Source of the DNA: a virus
Direction: 5' to 3' (one strand)
IMG/VR virus record: IMGVR_UViG_3300045988_151092
Length of the DNA: 39,079 bases
A program made the position numbers and the translations under genes. Below the pieces are notes generated by a model. It saw only the letters and a program-made list of their open reading frames with translations, did not search any database and was not told where the DNA came from. This document shows, one piece after another, positions 14,303 to 24,414 of this stretch. The stretch's first letter is position 1; each line of letters starts with the position of its first letter.

Positions 14303-15067
14303 ATGGCTAGAGCAAGAAGTCCAAACCGAGATAAAGCATTTGAGATATACAAGAATCACAATGGAAATATTGCTAATAGAGAAATTGCGAGAACTTTGGG
14401 CATATCAGAAAAAACTATATCTGGATGGAAAGCTAAAGATAATTGGAGTGATAAATTAAATGGAGTACTCCAAACAGATTTACGGAGTACTCCAAAAGAA
14501 AAGAGAAAAAAGGGAGGTCAACCTAATAATAAAAATTCAGTTGGTTGTGGAGCACCTAAAGAAAATAAAAATGCAGAAAAACACGGATTCTTTTCTAAAT
14601 ATCTTCCAGATGAAACTAAAGAGATTATTGAAGATGTTAAAGAATTAGATCCGATAGAAATCTTATGGGGAAATATACAAATTCAATATGCAGCAATAAT
14701 AAGAGCTCAAAGAATTATGTATGTAGAATCTAAAGAGGAAATGATAAAGGAGCTTAAGAAAAAGAAAGAACATACTGATGACTATGGCGAAAGTACAGAG
14801 GTAGAATATGAGTTCCAATTTGCTTGGGATAGACAAGCTACATTCTTGCAAGCGCAATCAAGAGCAATGAAAACTCTTGAAAGTATGATAAATAGCTATG
14901 ATGAAATGATTCATAAGAATTGGGATAGTGTTACTGAAGAACAAAAAACTAGAATTGAAGTGTTGAAATCAAGAATAGTTAAAGATAATTCTAAGAATAA
15001 TACTAACTCTACAGCTAAGTTAGATTTTATATTAGGACAAATTAAGGAAAGAAATAAAAATGAGTAA
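14303..15067 (+). CDS. terS: Terminase small subunit
   Basis: N-terminal HTH reads NREIARTLGISEKTISGWKAKDNW, and the GAPKENKNAEKHGFFSK motif is present. It lies immediately upstream of TerL. Confidence 0.85.
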   Translation: MARARSPNRDKAFEIYKNHNGNIANREIARTLGISEKTISGWKAKDNWSDKLNGVLQTDLRSTPKEKRKKGGQPNNKNSVGCGAPKENKNAEKHGFFSKYLPDETKEIIEDVKELDPIEILWGNIQIQYAAIIRAQRIMYVESKEEMIKELKKKKEHTDDYGESTEVEYEFQFAWDRQATFLQAQSRAMKTLESMINSYDEMIHKNWDSVTEEQKTRIEVLKSRIVKDNSKNNTNSTAKLDFILGQIKERNKNE

Positions 15068-16427
15068 TGAATATAAGTTATCAGATAAGTATTTAGACTT
15101 TTTAGAACATAGAGCACCAGTAGAGGCATTGGAGGGAACAACCGCGGCAGGAAAAACTACAGTAGGAATACTAAAGTTTATGTTAATGGTTGCAGAATCT
15201 CCCAAGAAAATGCATGTTATTGCTGCTAAAACAACTGGAGTTGCTGAAAAGAACTTAATACAAAAGGAATATGGGATTACTGATGTATTTGGTGATTTAG
15301 TCAAGTATAACGGTAATGGTGATAAAGATAATAAAATACCTCATATAAGATATATAACTCCTAATGGTGAGAAAATAATATACATACTAGGTTATGATAA
15401 CGTAGATAAGTGGAAAATGGCCTTAGGTTCTCAATTTGGATGTGTACTAATAGATGAGGTTAACACAGCTAGTATTGAATTTGTTAGGGAGATATGTACA
15501 AGAAATGATTATCTTATGATGACACTTAATCCGGATGATCCTAACTTACCTATATATTCAGAGTTTATTAATTGTTGTAGACCATTAGAAAAATATAAGA
15601 AAGATGTACCAGTAGAAATATTAGGGCAACTCAATTCAGAAGAGAAACCTAATTGGACCTACTGGTTTTTTACTTTCTATGATAATGCATCTTTAGATGA
15701 AGAAGCTATTGAAAAGAAAAAGACGAGTGCTCCTAAAGGTACTAAGCTATATAAAAATAAGATACTAGGGTTAAGAGGAAGAGCAACAGGATTAATATTC
15801 TCTAATTTTGAAAGAAAGAATAATGTATTATCTAAAGAACAGTTTATTAAACAAATAAAAGATAAGAAATTAAAGTTTGTTCAATTTACAGCAGGGTTAG
15901 ATACAGCATATTCTCAAAATAGTCCTGATACCTTTGCATTTACTTTCTTAGGTATTACAGATAAGAAAGAATTAATTGTATTAGATGAAGAGGTATATAA
16001 CAATAAAGACTTAGAAACTCCATTAGCTCCTAGTGATATAGCTCCTAAATATTTTAAGTTCTTAGAAAAGAATAGAAAGGAATGGGGATTTGTTAGAGAT
16101 GTATTTGTAGATTCAGCAGACCAAGCAACTATAATGGAGCTTAAGAAGTTTAAGAGAACTAATCCATGTATGTATAACTTTATTAACTCTTATAAGAAAG
16201 TAACTATACTAGATAGAATACATTTAGCTTTAGGTTGGATTAATACCAATGGTAAAGTATTTTATTATGTTTTAGATACTTGTAAAGAGCATATAAGAGA
16301 GTTAGAGTGTTATAGTTGGAAAGAAGATAAATACGAGCCAGAGGATGCAAACGACCATACAATCAACTCTAGTCAGTATGCGTGGATACCTTTTAGAAAA
16401 TTGATAGGAGATTATAAGGAGGAATAG
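15060..16427 (+). CDS. terL: Terminase large subunit (PBSX-type)
   Basis: Shows Walker A GTTAAGKTT, the Walker B-like CVLIDEV, and a C-terminal nuclease-like DSADQA / DANDH. Confidence 0.9.
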   Translation: MSNEYKLSDKYLDFLEHRAPVEALEGTTAAGKTTVGILKFMLMVAESPKKMHVIAAKTTGVAEKNLIQKEYGITDVFGDLVKYNGNGDKDNKIPHIRYITPNGEKIIYILGYDNVDKWKMALGSQFGCVLIDEVNTASIEFVREICTRNDYLMMTLNPDDPNLPIYSEFINCCRPLEKYKKDVPVEILGQLNSEEKPNWTYWFFTFYDNASLDEEAIEKKKTSAPKGTKLYKNKILGLRGRATGLIFSNFERKNNVLSKEQFIKQIKDKKLKFVQFTAGLDTAYSQNSPDTFAFTFLGITDKKELIVLDEEVYNNKDLETPLAPSDIAPKYFKFLEKNRKEWGFVRDVFVDSADQATIMELKKFKRTNPCMYNFINSYKKVTILDRIHLALGWINTNGKVFYYVLDTCKEHIRELECYSWKEDKYEPEDANDHTINSSQYAWIPFRKLIGDYKEE

Positions 16428-16429
16428 AA

Positions 16430-17950
16430 ATGGGGTGGTTTAAGAGTATGTTAACTAAAGCAGCAATTAAATATTTAAATGTTCAACCAGCATTAACTAA
16501 TCCTATTACTATACAAGAAGCTTATACATTTGAAACTAATGTAATTAGAAATAAGCTTTGGTATAGGGGAGAACCATACGAACTGGACCAATTCTTTAAA
16601 AATATATCAAGTGATCCAGTAAATAAAGCTAGGTTTTGGAGTGCTGTTCCAAGTGAAGATTTAAGTATAAGAAAAATACATAGTGGATTACCTGCAATGA
16701 TAGCTGATAAGTTAAGTGATATAGTTGTAGCTGACTTAGATAGTATAGAGGTTACTGGAGAGACTGATAATACATTATGGGAAGAAATAAGAAAAGATAA
16801 TAAGTTTGATGATATGCTAGGTGATATAATTGCTACTACATTAGTTAGTGGTGATGGGGCTTTTAAACTATCTATAGATACAGAGATAAGCAAATATCCA
16901 ATAATAGAGTTTTTCGATGGTGATAAGGTTGAATATATAACTCAAAGAGGAAGATTAAAAGAAATAAAGTTCTATACTTTTTATACTAAAAATAATAGAC
17001 AATATAAATTAAGTGAAACTTATGGAAAAGGATATATCAACTATAATTTATATGATAGTAATGGAAATGAAGTTTCTTTAAATACACTTAATGAAACTAG
17101 AGAACTTGCAGATGTAACATATAAAGATTATTTCATAATGGCAATACCATTAATGTTCTTTAAATCTCCTAAGTTTGAGGGAAGAGGTAAAAGTATATTT
17201 GATAATAAATCAGATGCCTTTGATGCATTAGATGAAGTTATATCTCAATGGATAGATGCTATTCGTGATGGAAGAGTTCAAAAGTATATACCAGAGGATT
17301 TAGTTCCAAAAGATATTAATGGTAACTTAATGAAACCTAATCCATTTGATAATAGATTCTTAAAAGTAGGTTCTAGCCTTGCAGAAGATACAAAAAATGA
17401 GATAGATATGAAGCAAGCTAATATAAATTATGAGGCTTATGTTGAGAGTTATTCAAATGCTATTGATATGTGTCTACAAGGTATAATAAGTCCTAGCACT
17501 TTAGGAATAGACCTTAAAAAAACAGATAATGCAGAAGCTCAAAGAGAGAAAGAAAAAACTACTTTATATACTAGAGGAAAAATGGTTGATATATTAACAG
17601 AGGTTATACCAGAGTTAGTTAATATAATCTTAAAGACTAATAATGTATTAAATAAAAAGAATACTGGAGAATATGAAGTAAGCATTGTATTTGGAGAATA
17701 TGCAAGTCCTAGTTTTGATTCAGTAGTAGAAACTGTAGGAAAAGCTAAAACATATGGAGTAATGTCCATAGAGCAATGTATTGAGGAAATGTATGGAGAT
17801 ACATGGACAGATGAAGAAAAGGAAGAAGAGATACAAAGAATAAAGAAACAGAATGGCTATCTTGTGGCTGAAGAACCTAAGACAGTAGATAATTATGATA
17901 TGTTATATACTTATGATAATGAGGTTGAAACAGATGGACAAGAGGGATAA
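16430..17950 (+). CDS. Portal protein (SPP1 gp6-like)
   Basis: 506 aa, directly after TerL, with an acidic C-terminus. Confidence 0.85.
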   Translation: MGWFKSMLTKAAIKYLNVQPALTNPITIQEAYTFETNVIRNKLWYRGEPYELDQFFKNISSDPVNKARFWSAVPSEDLSIRKIHSGLPAMIADKLSDIVVADLDSIEVTGETDNTLWEEIRKDNKFDDMLGDIIATTLVSGDGAFKLSIDTEISKYPIIEFFDGDKVEYITQRGRLKEIKFYTFYTKNNRQYKLSETYGKGYINYNLYDSNGNEVSLNTLNETRELADVTYKDYFIMAIPLMFFKSPKFEGRGKSIFDNKSDAFDALDEVISQWIDAIRDGRVQKYIPEDLVPKDINGNLMKPNPFDNRFLKVGSSLAEDTKNEIDMKQANINYEAYVESYSNAIDMCLQGIISPSTLGIDLKKTDNAEAQREKEKTTLYTRGKMVDILTEVIPELVNIILKTNNVLNKKNTGEYEVSIVFGEYASPSFDSVVETVGKAKTYGVMSIEQCIEEMYGDTWTDEEKEEEIQRIKKQNGYLVAEEPKTVDNYDMLYTYDNEVETDGQEG

Positions 17951-18893
17951 GGATATACAATTATTAGCTGATATACTTAGAGGAATTACTGAAAATAAAA
18001 TAAAAGAAAATGCTAAAAAGGAAAGAGATAAGTCTTATGATATTAGAAATATATTCGAGCAAATGGAGCTTGATTTAATTTCTAGTATGCATAGGGCTTT
18101 TTATTTTCACCAAGCTGAGCAGAGTAAAGAAGGATTTCAATGGGAACAATGGCAAAGGACTAAGCTTAGAGAAATTGAAAAGTATAGAAAGAGAAATAAG
18201 AAACTAGTTGAGGAATATAACAAGCCTATCCAAGAAGCTATAAACAGAGAGATTCAAGGGAATTTTACTAAAGGTCAAGAAAATACAGAAAAGTTAATAG
18301 ATGAAGTAAAGATAAAGTTTCCAGAGAATATAAAAGAACCTCAAACAGTTAGAGAGTATATTGCTAAAGAACTAGGGAAAAAGGCTACTCCACAAGTTGA
18401 AGAAAACTTCTTTGGTATTAACGAAAAGAAACTTAATGCATTACAAGAAACTATTACAAATGATTTAAAAAAGGCTCAAATGTCAGTTTTAAGAAAGATG
18501 GATGATGTATATAGGCAAATAATATTTAAAACTCATGTATATTTGCAAAGTGGTACTAAGACTATTAATCAAGCTATAGATATGGCTACTAAGGATTTTC
18601 TTGAGAAAGGTATAAATAGTATAACTTATAAGAATGGTAAACAAGTTAATATTGCTAGTTATGCAGAGATGTGTTTAAGAACAGCAAGTCAAAGAGCTAC
18701 ATTTTTAGGTGAAGGAAAGAAAAGAGATGAATATGGAATACATTTAATAGTTGTTACGGCTCATGCTAATACTTGTAAAATGTGTGAACCATGGCAAGGA
18801 AAAGTATTGATTGATGATATATTTTCTCATGGTACTAAAGAGGATGGAGATTATCCATTATTAAGTGAGGCTGTAGGAAAGGGATTGCTCCAT
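17934..18893 (+). CDS. Head morphogenesis protein (SPP1 gp7 / Mu F-like), exon 1
   Basis: GAGG RBS precedes the ATG at 17934. The frame ends ...GKGLLH, and the stop at 18894 is the first triplet of the intron. The hallmark continuation PNCRH is found at 19758. Confidence 0.8.
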
Positions 18894-19757
18894 TGAATTA
18901 GAAGTTTGGGTGGAGCAAGTAAAAATAAACGTTGTGAACCTCATTACAAAGAGGGTGTATCAAGTATTGATGCTAACGGTGAAAGGTGGGAAACCCAATA
19001 CCGTGCTAAGTATTGTAAATATGTCTACACTCATGATATAATCCGTATAAGGAGATGAATTATATGGAAATTTGGAAAGATGTCATAGGTTACGAAAAGA
19101 TTTATCAAGTAAGTAATACTGGTAAAGTTAAAAGAATTGGTACTTATAAAAATCAATCTAATAAGGAGTGGATTAGTAATAGAATATTAAAACCTGCTAT
19201 TAAGAAGAATCGTTATATGTTTGTAGGTCTTAGCAAGGACGGCAAAGTTTCTAGTAAGCATATACACAGACTTGTTGCAGAAGCATTCATTCCTAATCCT
19301 TTTAATAAATCTACTGTAAATCACAAAGATGGTAATAGAAGTAATAATACAGTAGAAAATCTTGAATGGGCAACATATTTAGAAAATAATATCCATTCAA
19401 TAAAGGTGTTAAAGAGAGATACAAAAAATAGTTCTGATTCAAGACCAGTGTTACAATTTGATAAACAAGGAAACTTTATAAAAGAATATCCATCTATGAG
19501 AGAAGCACAAAGACAAACGGGTATAGATGCAATAGATAAGGTGTGTAATCATGTTAAGTATAGAAAGACAGCAGGTGGGTATAAGTGGGAATACAAAGAC
19601 AATTACAATAAAAGTGTAGAGACTATCGAAACCACATCAGATGATGGAAGGGAGTAGAGTAGGTTGGAGATGTACCAATCGAAGCGCAACGGATATAAAA
19701 AGAGATTAACCTTTATGGTTAGTCTCTTTTTATATTATGAGATAGTCCAATTAAAAG
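18894..19757 (+). mobile_element. Group I self-splicing intron (864 nt) carrying an HNH homing endonuclease ORF
   Basis: Exon 1 ends in T (18893) and the intron ends in G (19757). The internal guide agtttgg-gtggagca (18903-18917) pairs with exon 1 tgctccat (P1, with a terminal U.G) and with exon 2 ccaaact (P10). Confidence 0.85.
19064..19657 (+). CDS. HNH homing endonuclease (NUMOD4 + HNH_3 type), intron-encoded
   Basis: Shows MEIWKDVIGYEKIYQVSNTGKVKR and NHKDGNRSNNTVENLEW. The GGAG at 19051 is best spaced for the ATG at 19064. Confidence 0.9.
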   Translation: MEIWKDVIGYEKIYQVSNTGKVKRIGTYKNQSNKEWISNRILKPAIKKNRYMFVGLSKDGKVSSKHIHRLVAEAFIPNPFNKSTVNHKDGNRSNNTVENLEWATYLENNIHSIKVLKRDTKNSSDSRPVLQFDKQGNFIKEYPSMREAQRQTGIDAIDKVCNHVKYRKTAGGYKWEYKDNYNKSVETIETTSDDGRE

Positions 19758-20033
19758 CCAAACTGTAGGCATACATTAGCAACTTACTTCCTAGGTATAA
19801 CTAGAATACAAACAATACCAGATGGTGAAGATGCTATTAAACTTTATGAGGCTGAACAGAAACAGAGATATTATGAAAGACAATTGAGAAAGTGGAAGAG
19901 ACTCAAAGCTGGTACTTGTGATGAAGAAAATAAAGAGATAGCAAGTAAAAAGGTTAAAGGGTTAGAAAAAGTTTTAAAGGATCATTTGGAAATTAATAAA
20001 GAGCTTAGAAGGAATCATTATAGAGAAAAATAG
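19758..20033 (+). CDS. Head morphogenesis protein, exon 2 (PNCRHTLATYFLG...REK)
   Basis: Exon 2 joins exon 1 in frame (999 nt + 276 nt) and restores the conserved GLLHPNCRH motif of the gp7/MuF family. Confidence 0.8.
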   Translation, partial: PNCRHTLATYFLGITRIQTIPDGEDAIKLYEAEQKQRYYERQLRKWKRLKAGTCDEENKEIASKKVKGLEKVLKDHLEINKELRRNHYREK

Positions 20034-20143
20034 TTAGTATTTAAATATTTTCAACAATTTTGTTATGTATAAAGTATTTAAAGAAATTTAAATTAAATGA
20101 TATAATGAATTATGAAAATAAAAGAATTGGAGGTATTATTTGT

Positions 20144-20410
20144 ATGTATGAAATAAAGAAAGCTATCTTAAAGAGTGTATTAGATGAAAAGGAAAGTACA
20201 AAAACTTTAGCACGTTATGATGCTGTTTATTATGATGTTTTTGGAGAAATGGATAAAGAGAATATAGAAAAATTTAATGAGGCTTTGAGAAGTCTAGAGA
20301 AAGAAAATAGAATAATAATAGATGGGGATAGAATTGATCTTAAAAATAGTGATATATTAATAGCAAATGATATTAGTGTAATCTGTGATTTAGAGAAAGA
20401 AGATATTTAA
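20144..20410 (+). CDS. Hypothetical 88-aa protein (possibly a small winged-helix protein), first gene of a structural-module moron
   Basis: GGAGG RBS at 20130. An extended -10 tgatataat lies upstream, at about 20097-20105. Confidence 0.55.
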   Translation: MYEIKKAILKSVLDEKESTKTLARYDAVYYDVFGEMDKENIEKFNEALRSLEKENRIIIDGDRIDLKNSDILIANDISVICDLEKEDI

Positions 20411-20475
20411 TTTAAAACTATAGAATGTGATATCGGGCATGGATGTAATATCCTTTCAACTGGTATTGAATTTTA

Positions 20476-20937
20476 TTGATATGCAAAGGATCTTATACAT
20501 GGACTTTCAATAGTAATTGCAACCGGAGTAGCTATAAAAGAAATAAAGATGCCATTGAAGGATTTAATTTTCTCTTTAATAAAGTTAAAGAGAAAATTAA
20601 TAAAGATGAAACTATATATTATAATGAGGATTTTCTTCAAGTTATTGTACTTGAGAAAATACTAGAGCATTATCCAAGTTTAAGAGAGTTTAAGTTGATT
20701 AAAAAAGTAAAAGTTAACTTAGGTGCTAGAGGATTGTTTGCTAGACAAAACTCTATGTTTAGTAAAGATAGTTTAGAGGGTTCTCCAGAATACATAGAAT
20801 ATTTTGTTTTTCAAGTAATTACTGATGATAATGAGTTTGATAATAGCATAGTTAGAAGTGAAATTTTATCAACCGGTAAAATTCTTAATTTTTCTATAAA
20901 TAATATGATGGCAGGTGAATTCATTCAAGCATTTTAA
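20476..20937 (+). CDS. Hypothetical protein with an uncertain start (no in-frame ATG in the first 95 codons)
   Basis: The ORF is long but only TTG or other non-ATG starts are available. A terminator follows it. Confidence 0.4.
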   Translation: MICKGSYTWTFNSNCNRSSYKRNKDAIEGFNFLFNKVKEKINKDETIYYNEDFLQVIVLEKILEHYPSLREFKLIKKVKVNLGARGLFARQNSMFSKDSLEGSPEYIEYFVFQVITDDNEFDNSIVRSEILSTGKILNFSINNMMAGEFIQAF

Positions 20938-20983
20938 GTTTTTATAATATTATGAATAGAGTTGAATAGCTTAATTAATTAAA

Positions 20984-21008
20984 AAAGTCTTAGAAATAAG
21001 GCTTTTTT
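20984..21008 (+). terminator. Intrinsic terminator closing the structural-module moron
   Basis: The hairpin aaagtctta-gaaa-taaggcttt is followed by a T-run. Confidence 0.7.
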
Positions 21009-21084
21009 ATTTTGTCCAAAACTTGCTTAAGACCTTAAACTGTGCATGGAATTAACAGCCGACAGGCTATAAATGGAGGTATTT

Positions 21085-21693
21085 ATGTCTATATCAAATT
21101 TTAATTTAAGAAAAAGATTAGGTATGAAACTAGCACAAGATGATGGAGCAGGTAATGGAGGTGCAGGTTCAGAACCTAATTCAACTAATAATTTAGATGG
21201 AGAAGGTGATGGAACAGAAGAAACTAATCCAAAAGAAGAAAAAACTTTTACTCAAGGGGAAGTAAATAAGATGATTAAGGATAGGGTGGCAAGAGAAAAG
21301 AAAGGCCAACTATCTAAAGAAGAACTTAAAGCTTATCAAGATTGGAAAGAAAGCCAAAAGACAGAGGCTCAAAAGCAAAGTGAAGCTTTAACTAATGCAG
21401 AAAAGGCCAAACAGGATGCAGAAGAGAGAGCTAATACTCTTGAAGCTAAAGTAACTTGCTTATCTAAAGGAGTTTTAGCTGATAGTGTTGACGATGTTGT
21501 TATATTAGCTAAGGCTATGGTAAGTGATGATGTTACTATGGATCAAGCAGTAGATAAAGTTTTAGAAAAATATCCAAGCTTTAAAGGAGTGCAGCAACAA
21601 GATGAAAACAAAGGCTTTAAAATAGGTGCTGATGGCGGAAAACAAAAAGGAAATGTTGAAGATGCACTAGCAAGAGCCTTTGGAAATAAATAA
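21085..21693 (+). CDS. Scaffolding protein (DUF4355-like)
   Basis: Gly-rich N-terminus, a charged coiled coil (FTQGEVNKMIKDRVAREKK), and a position directly before the capsid gene. Confidence 0.75.
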   Translation: MSISNFNLRKRLGMKLAQDDGAGNGGAGSEPNSTNNLDGEGDGTEETNPKEEKTFTQGEVNKMIKDRVAREKKGQLSKEELKAYQDWKESQKTEAQKQSEALTNAEKAKQDAEERANTLEAKVTCLSKGVLADSVDDVVILAKAMVSDDVTMDQAVDKVLEKYPSFKGVQQQDENKGFKIGADGGKQKGNVEDALARAFGNK

Positions 21694-21716
21694 TAAAAAG
21701 ATTAGGAGTGATATAA

Positions 21717-22622
21717 ATGGCAGTATATAGTTATGCTGAACAATTTGAAAGAGAATTACAACAAAAGTATGCTAGAGAATTAACTTCTTATGATTTAGAG
21801 CAATCTAATCCACAAGTTAAATTCATTAATGCACAAACTATTAAATTACCTAATATAACAGTAAGTGGATACAAGGATCACAATAGAGGTAATATGGGTT
21901 TCAATACAGGAACAATATCTAATGAATGGGAACCAAAAAAATTAGCTCATGACAGAGATATAGAATTTGCTTTAGATCCTATGGATATAGATGAAACTAA
22001 TTTAACTTTAGAAGTGGCAAATGTTCAAAATGTATTTGAAACAGAACAAGCTATTCCAGAGAGAGATTCTTATAGATACTCTAAGCTTTATGCAGAGGCT
22101 AAAACATATAAATCAAATGGAGCTGTTATAGACAATACAACTTTAACTACAGAAAATGTATTAGATTGGTTTGATGAAAAGATGGAGAAAATGGATGATG
22201 AGGGAGTACCATCAGAAGGAAGAATACTTTATGTTACACCAGCAGTGAACAAAATAATTAAGAATGCACAAAATATCCAAAGAAGCTTAGATGTTAATAG
22301 TAATAATGGAAAGATAGATAGAAGAGTATATTCTTTAGATGATGTTACAATCAAAAAAGTACCATCATCAAGAATGAAAACAAAGTATGATTTCACTAAT
22401 GGATGTGTTCCAGCAGGTGATGCAAAACAAATAAATATGATCCTTATACATCCATCTTGCCAAGTAACTAGAAGTAAATATGCTTATATGAAGTTGTTTA
22501 CTCCTGGTACTGATTCAAGAACAGCTGATAAATATGTGTATCAGACTAGGGAGTATGGAGATACTTTCTTAATAAAAAATAAAGCATGTGGTATAGCTAT
22601 TAATGCAGAGGTAGAGGGCTAG
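21717..22622 (+). CDS. Major capsid protein
   Basis: 301 aa, directly after the scaffold gene, with a strong RBS. Confidence 0.75.
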   Translation: MAVYSYAEQFERELQQKYARELTSYDLEQSNPQVKFINAQTIKLPNITVSGYKDHNRGNMGFNTGTISNEWEPKKLAHDRDIEFALDPMDIDETNLTLEVANVQNVFETEQAIPERDSYRYSKLYAEAKTYKSNGAVIDNTTLTTENVLDWFDEKMEKMDDEGVPSEGRILYVTPAVNKIIKNAQNIQRSLDVNSNNGKIDRRVYSLDDVTIKKVPSSRMKTKYDFTNGCVPAGDAKQINMILIHPSCQVTRSKYAYMKLFTPGTDSRTADKYVYQTREYGDTFLIKNKACGIAINAEVEG

Positions 22623-22638
22623 AAAGGAGTAATAACAT

Positions 22639-22908
22639 ATGAAGGCTATTAAAGAAAATAAAGTTTATACAATAACTGAATCTGAACAGAACTTTTATAA
22701 ACAACAAGGATATGACATAGTTAATGATGAAGGGGAAGTTATAGAACGTGGAGCAGGGAAATCTATTTCTTATGAGGAATATATAAAGTTAAAAGATGAA
22801 TTAGATCCATTAAAAGATGAAAACTATACTTTAAAGCAAGAAAATGAGAAATTAAAAGAAGAAAATAAAAAGCTTAAAGCAGAAAATAAAGAGTTAAAGA
22901 AGTCTTAG
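22639..22908 (+). CDS. Hypothetical head-module protein with a C-terminal heptad coiled coil
   Basis: Contains LKDENYTLKQENEKLKEENKKLKAENKELKK. The terminator hairpin at 22899-22925 overlaps the stop codon. Confidence 0.6.
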   Translation: MKAIKENKVYTITESEQNFYKQQGYDIVNDEGEVIERGAGKSISYEEYIKLKDELDPLKDENYTLKQENEKLKEENKKLKAENKELKKS

Positions 22909-22943
22909 TTAAGGCTTCTTTTTCTTTATAAGGATGTGAGTAT

Positions 22944-23306
22944 ATGTCTTATGTAGATATTTCATATTATAAAGATAATTTCAAAGGTGATATCCTTAAT
23001 GATGATACTTTAGAAAATAGATTAGAAAGAGCATCAGATCAAATTGATAAATTGACATATAACAGAATAATAGGAATAGAATTTAAAAATTTATCTCCAT
23101 TTCAACAAGATAAAATTAAAAAAGCAGTTTGTTTACAGGCTGAATTTATAGAGCAATATGGTGAGTTTATTAATATGCCTTTAAGTGGATTTTCAGCTGG
23201 TAGTACTTCGGTATCTTTTAATGGAAGTATTGTAAATGGAATAACAACCACACAGGAAGTTATTAATTATATATATCAAACTGGTTTAAATAGTAGGAGG
23301 CTCTAA
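22944..23306 (+). CDS. Head-tail connector (gp6-like adaptor)
   Basis: Called from position, size and the typical N-terminus (YVDISYYKDNF...). Confidence 0.6.
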   Translation: MSYVDISYYKDNFKGDILNDDTLENRLERASDQIDKLTYNRIIGIEFKNLSPFQQDKIKKAVCLQAEFIEQYGEFINMPLSGFSAGSTSVSFNGSIVNGITTTQEVINYIYQTGLNSRRL

Positions 23307-23309
23307 ACT

Positions 23310-23636
23310 ATGGGAATTAAATTACCATTTCCTAAATGGCTTTTAAAAACACCAGTAGAGGTTTACCATACTTATATGGATGAGGATGGCGAACCAGTAG
23401 AGGACTTAATTTATAAAGGATTAAGTATATATAATGAGAAGGGAAAGAATACTCTAGATGCAGAGCGTAGACTTGTAACTTTAAGTGGTAACGTAATAAT
23501 TGAAGGTGATATTAATCCAGGTAAGTTGATAGAAGGATATATTAAAATTGGAGAACTTAAAAAGGATATTTATAAATCTTCAAGACCACGTAATCCAGAT
23601 GGTTCTGTTTTTAGTACTGAATTGGAGCTAATATAA
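23310..23636 (+). CDS. Head-closure / head-tail joining protein
   Basis: Called from position and size only. Confidence 0.5.
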   Translation: MGIKLPFPKWLLKTPVEVYHTYMDEDGEPVEDLIYKGLSIYNEKGKNTLDAERRLVTLSGNVIIEGDINPGKLIEGYIKIGELKKDIYKSSRPRNPDGSVFSTELELI

Positions 23637-24019
23637 TGAAAGCTAAAGTAACAATAAAATTAGATAGAGCTAAGATAAATACATTAATAAGTGCTAGAAA
23701 TAAAGCTTTAGAGGAAACTACAGAGGCCATATTAAGTGATATTAAGACAAGTGCTGTAGTTCCTAAGGATACTGGAGAACTTGAAAGAAGTGGTTTTGTT
23801 GATTTATCGAAGTTAGATGATGGAATAGCATCTATAATTTTTGATACACCATATGCTAGAAGATTATATTGGCATCCAGAGTATAATTTTAGGCAAGACA
23901 AAAACATAAATGCACAAGGTAAATGGATGCAATCTTATATTGATGGAGATAATAAAGAATTTGTAACAGAGACTTATTTTAAATTCTTAAAAATATTTAG
24001 CAAAGGATTGATTAAATAA
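23636..24019 (+). CDS. Head-tail joining protein (HK97 gp10 / minor capsid-like)
   Basis: Contains the motif DTPYARRLYWHPEYNF. The start overlaps the preceding stop (ATGA). Confidence 0.6.
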   Translation: MKAKVTIKLDRAKINTLISARNKALEETTEAILSDIKTSAVVPKDTGELERSGFVDLSKLDDGIASIIFDTPYARRLYWHPEYNFRQDKNINAQGKWMQSYIDGDNKEFVTETYFKFLKIFSKGLIK

Positions 24020-24405
24020 TGTTGCTAAGTGAAGTAAGAGAATATTTAAAAACTAAAATAGAATGTCCTCAATGGTATATAGGAAAGATAGATGCAACTA
24101 AAGAGCAATGTATAGGTATCTATAGCATAAGAGGGCCAAGAAATCATATAGCATTAGGTGGATTAGAAAATACAAGCTATTCTACTAAGGCTATTTCTAT
24201 ATTAATACATTGGGGAAAGAACGCTAATATAGCAGAACAAAAAGCTCAAGAAGTATTTAATGTTTTATTTGGACAAGATGCTGTTATAGGTGGGAAAAGA
24301 GTTATAGATTTTAAAATGATAACTACTGAACCTATAGGAGTTGGAACAGATAAAAATAACATATATGAATATGTAATAGAAGTAAATATAATACATGAAA
24401 GGTAG
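24019..24405 (+). CDS. Tail completion protein
   Basis: Called from position and size, with overlapping start and stop codons. Confidence 0.5.
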   Translation: MLLSEVREYLKTKIECPQWYIGKIDATKEQCIGIYSIRGPRNHIALGGLENTSYSTKAISILIHWGKNANIAEQKAQEVFNVLFGQDAVIGGKRVIDFKMITTEPIGVGTDKNNIYEYVIEVNIIHER

Positions 24406-24414
24406 TGAATAATT

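Noticed and set aside
14253-15304. ORFs 14253-14459, 14460-14648, 14663-14857(-), 14911-15141(-) and 15032-15304(-)
   Set aside because: They are off-frame or antisense to the clearly motif-bearing TerS and TerL genes.
16522-17769. Minus-strand ORFs inside the portal gene
   Set aside because: They are antisense shadows of a conserved structural gene.
17895-17933. The tracked start of the head-morphogenesis gene at 17895
   Set aside because: It overlaps the portal gene by 56 nt with no RBS. The ATG at 17934 has a GAGG at the proper distance.
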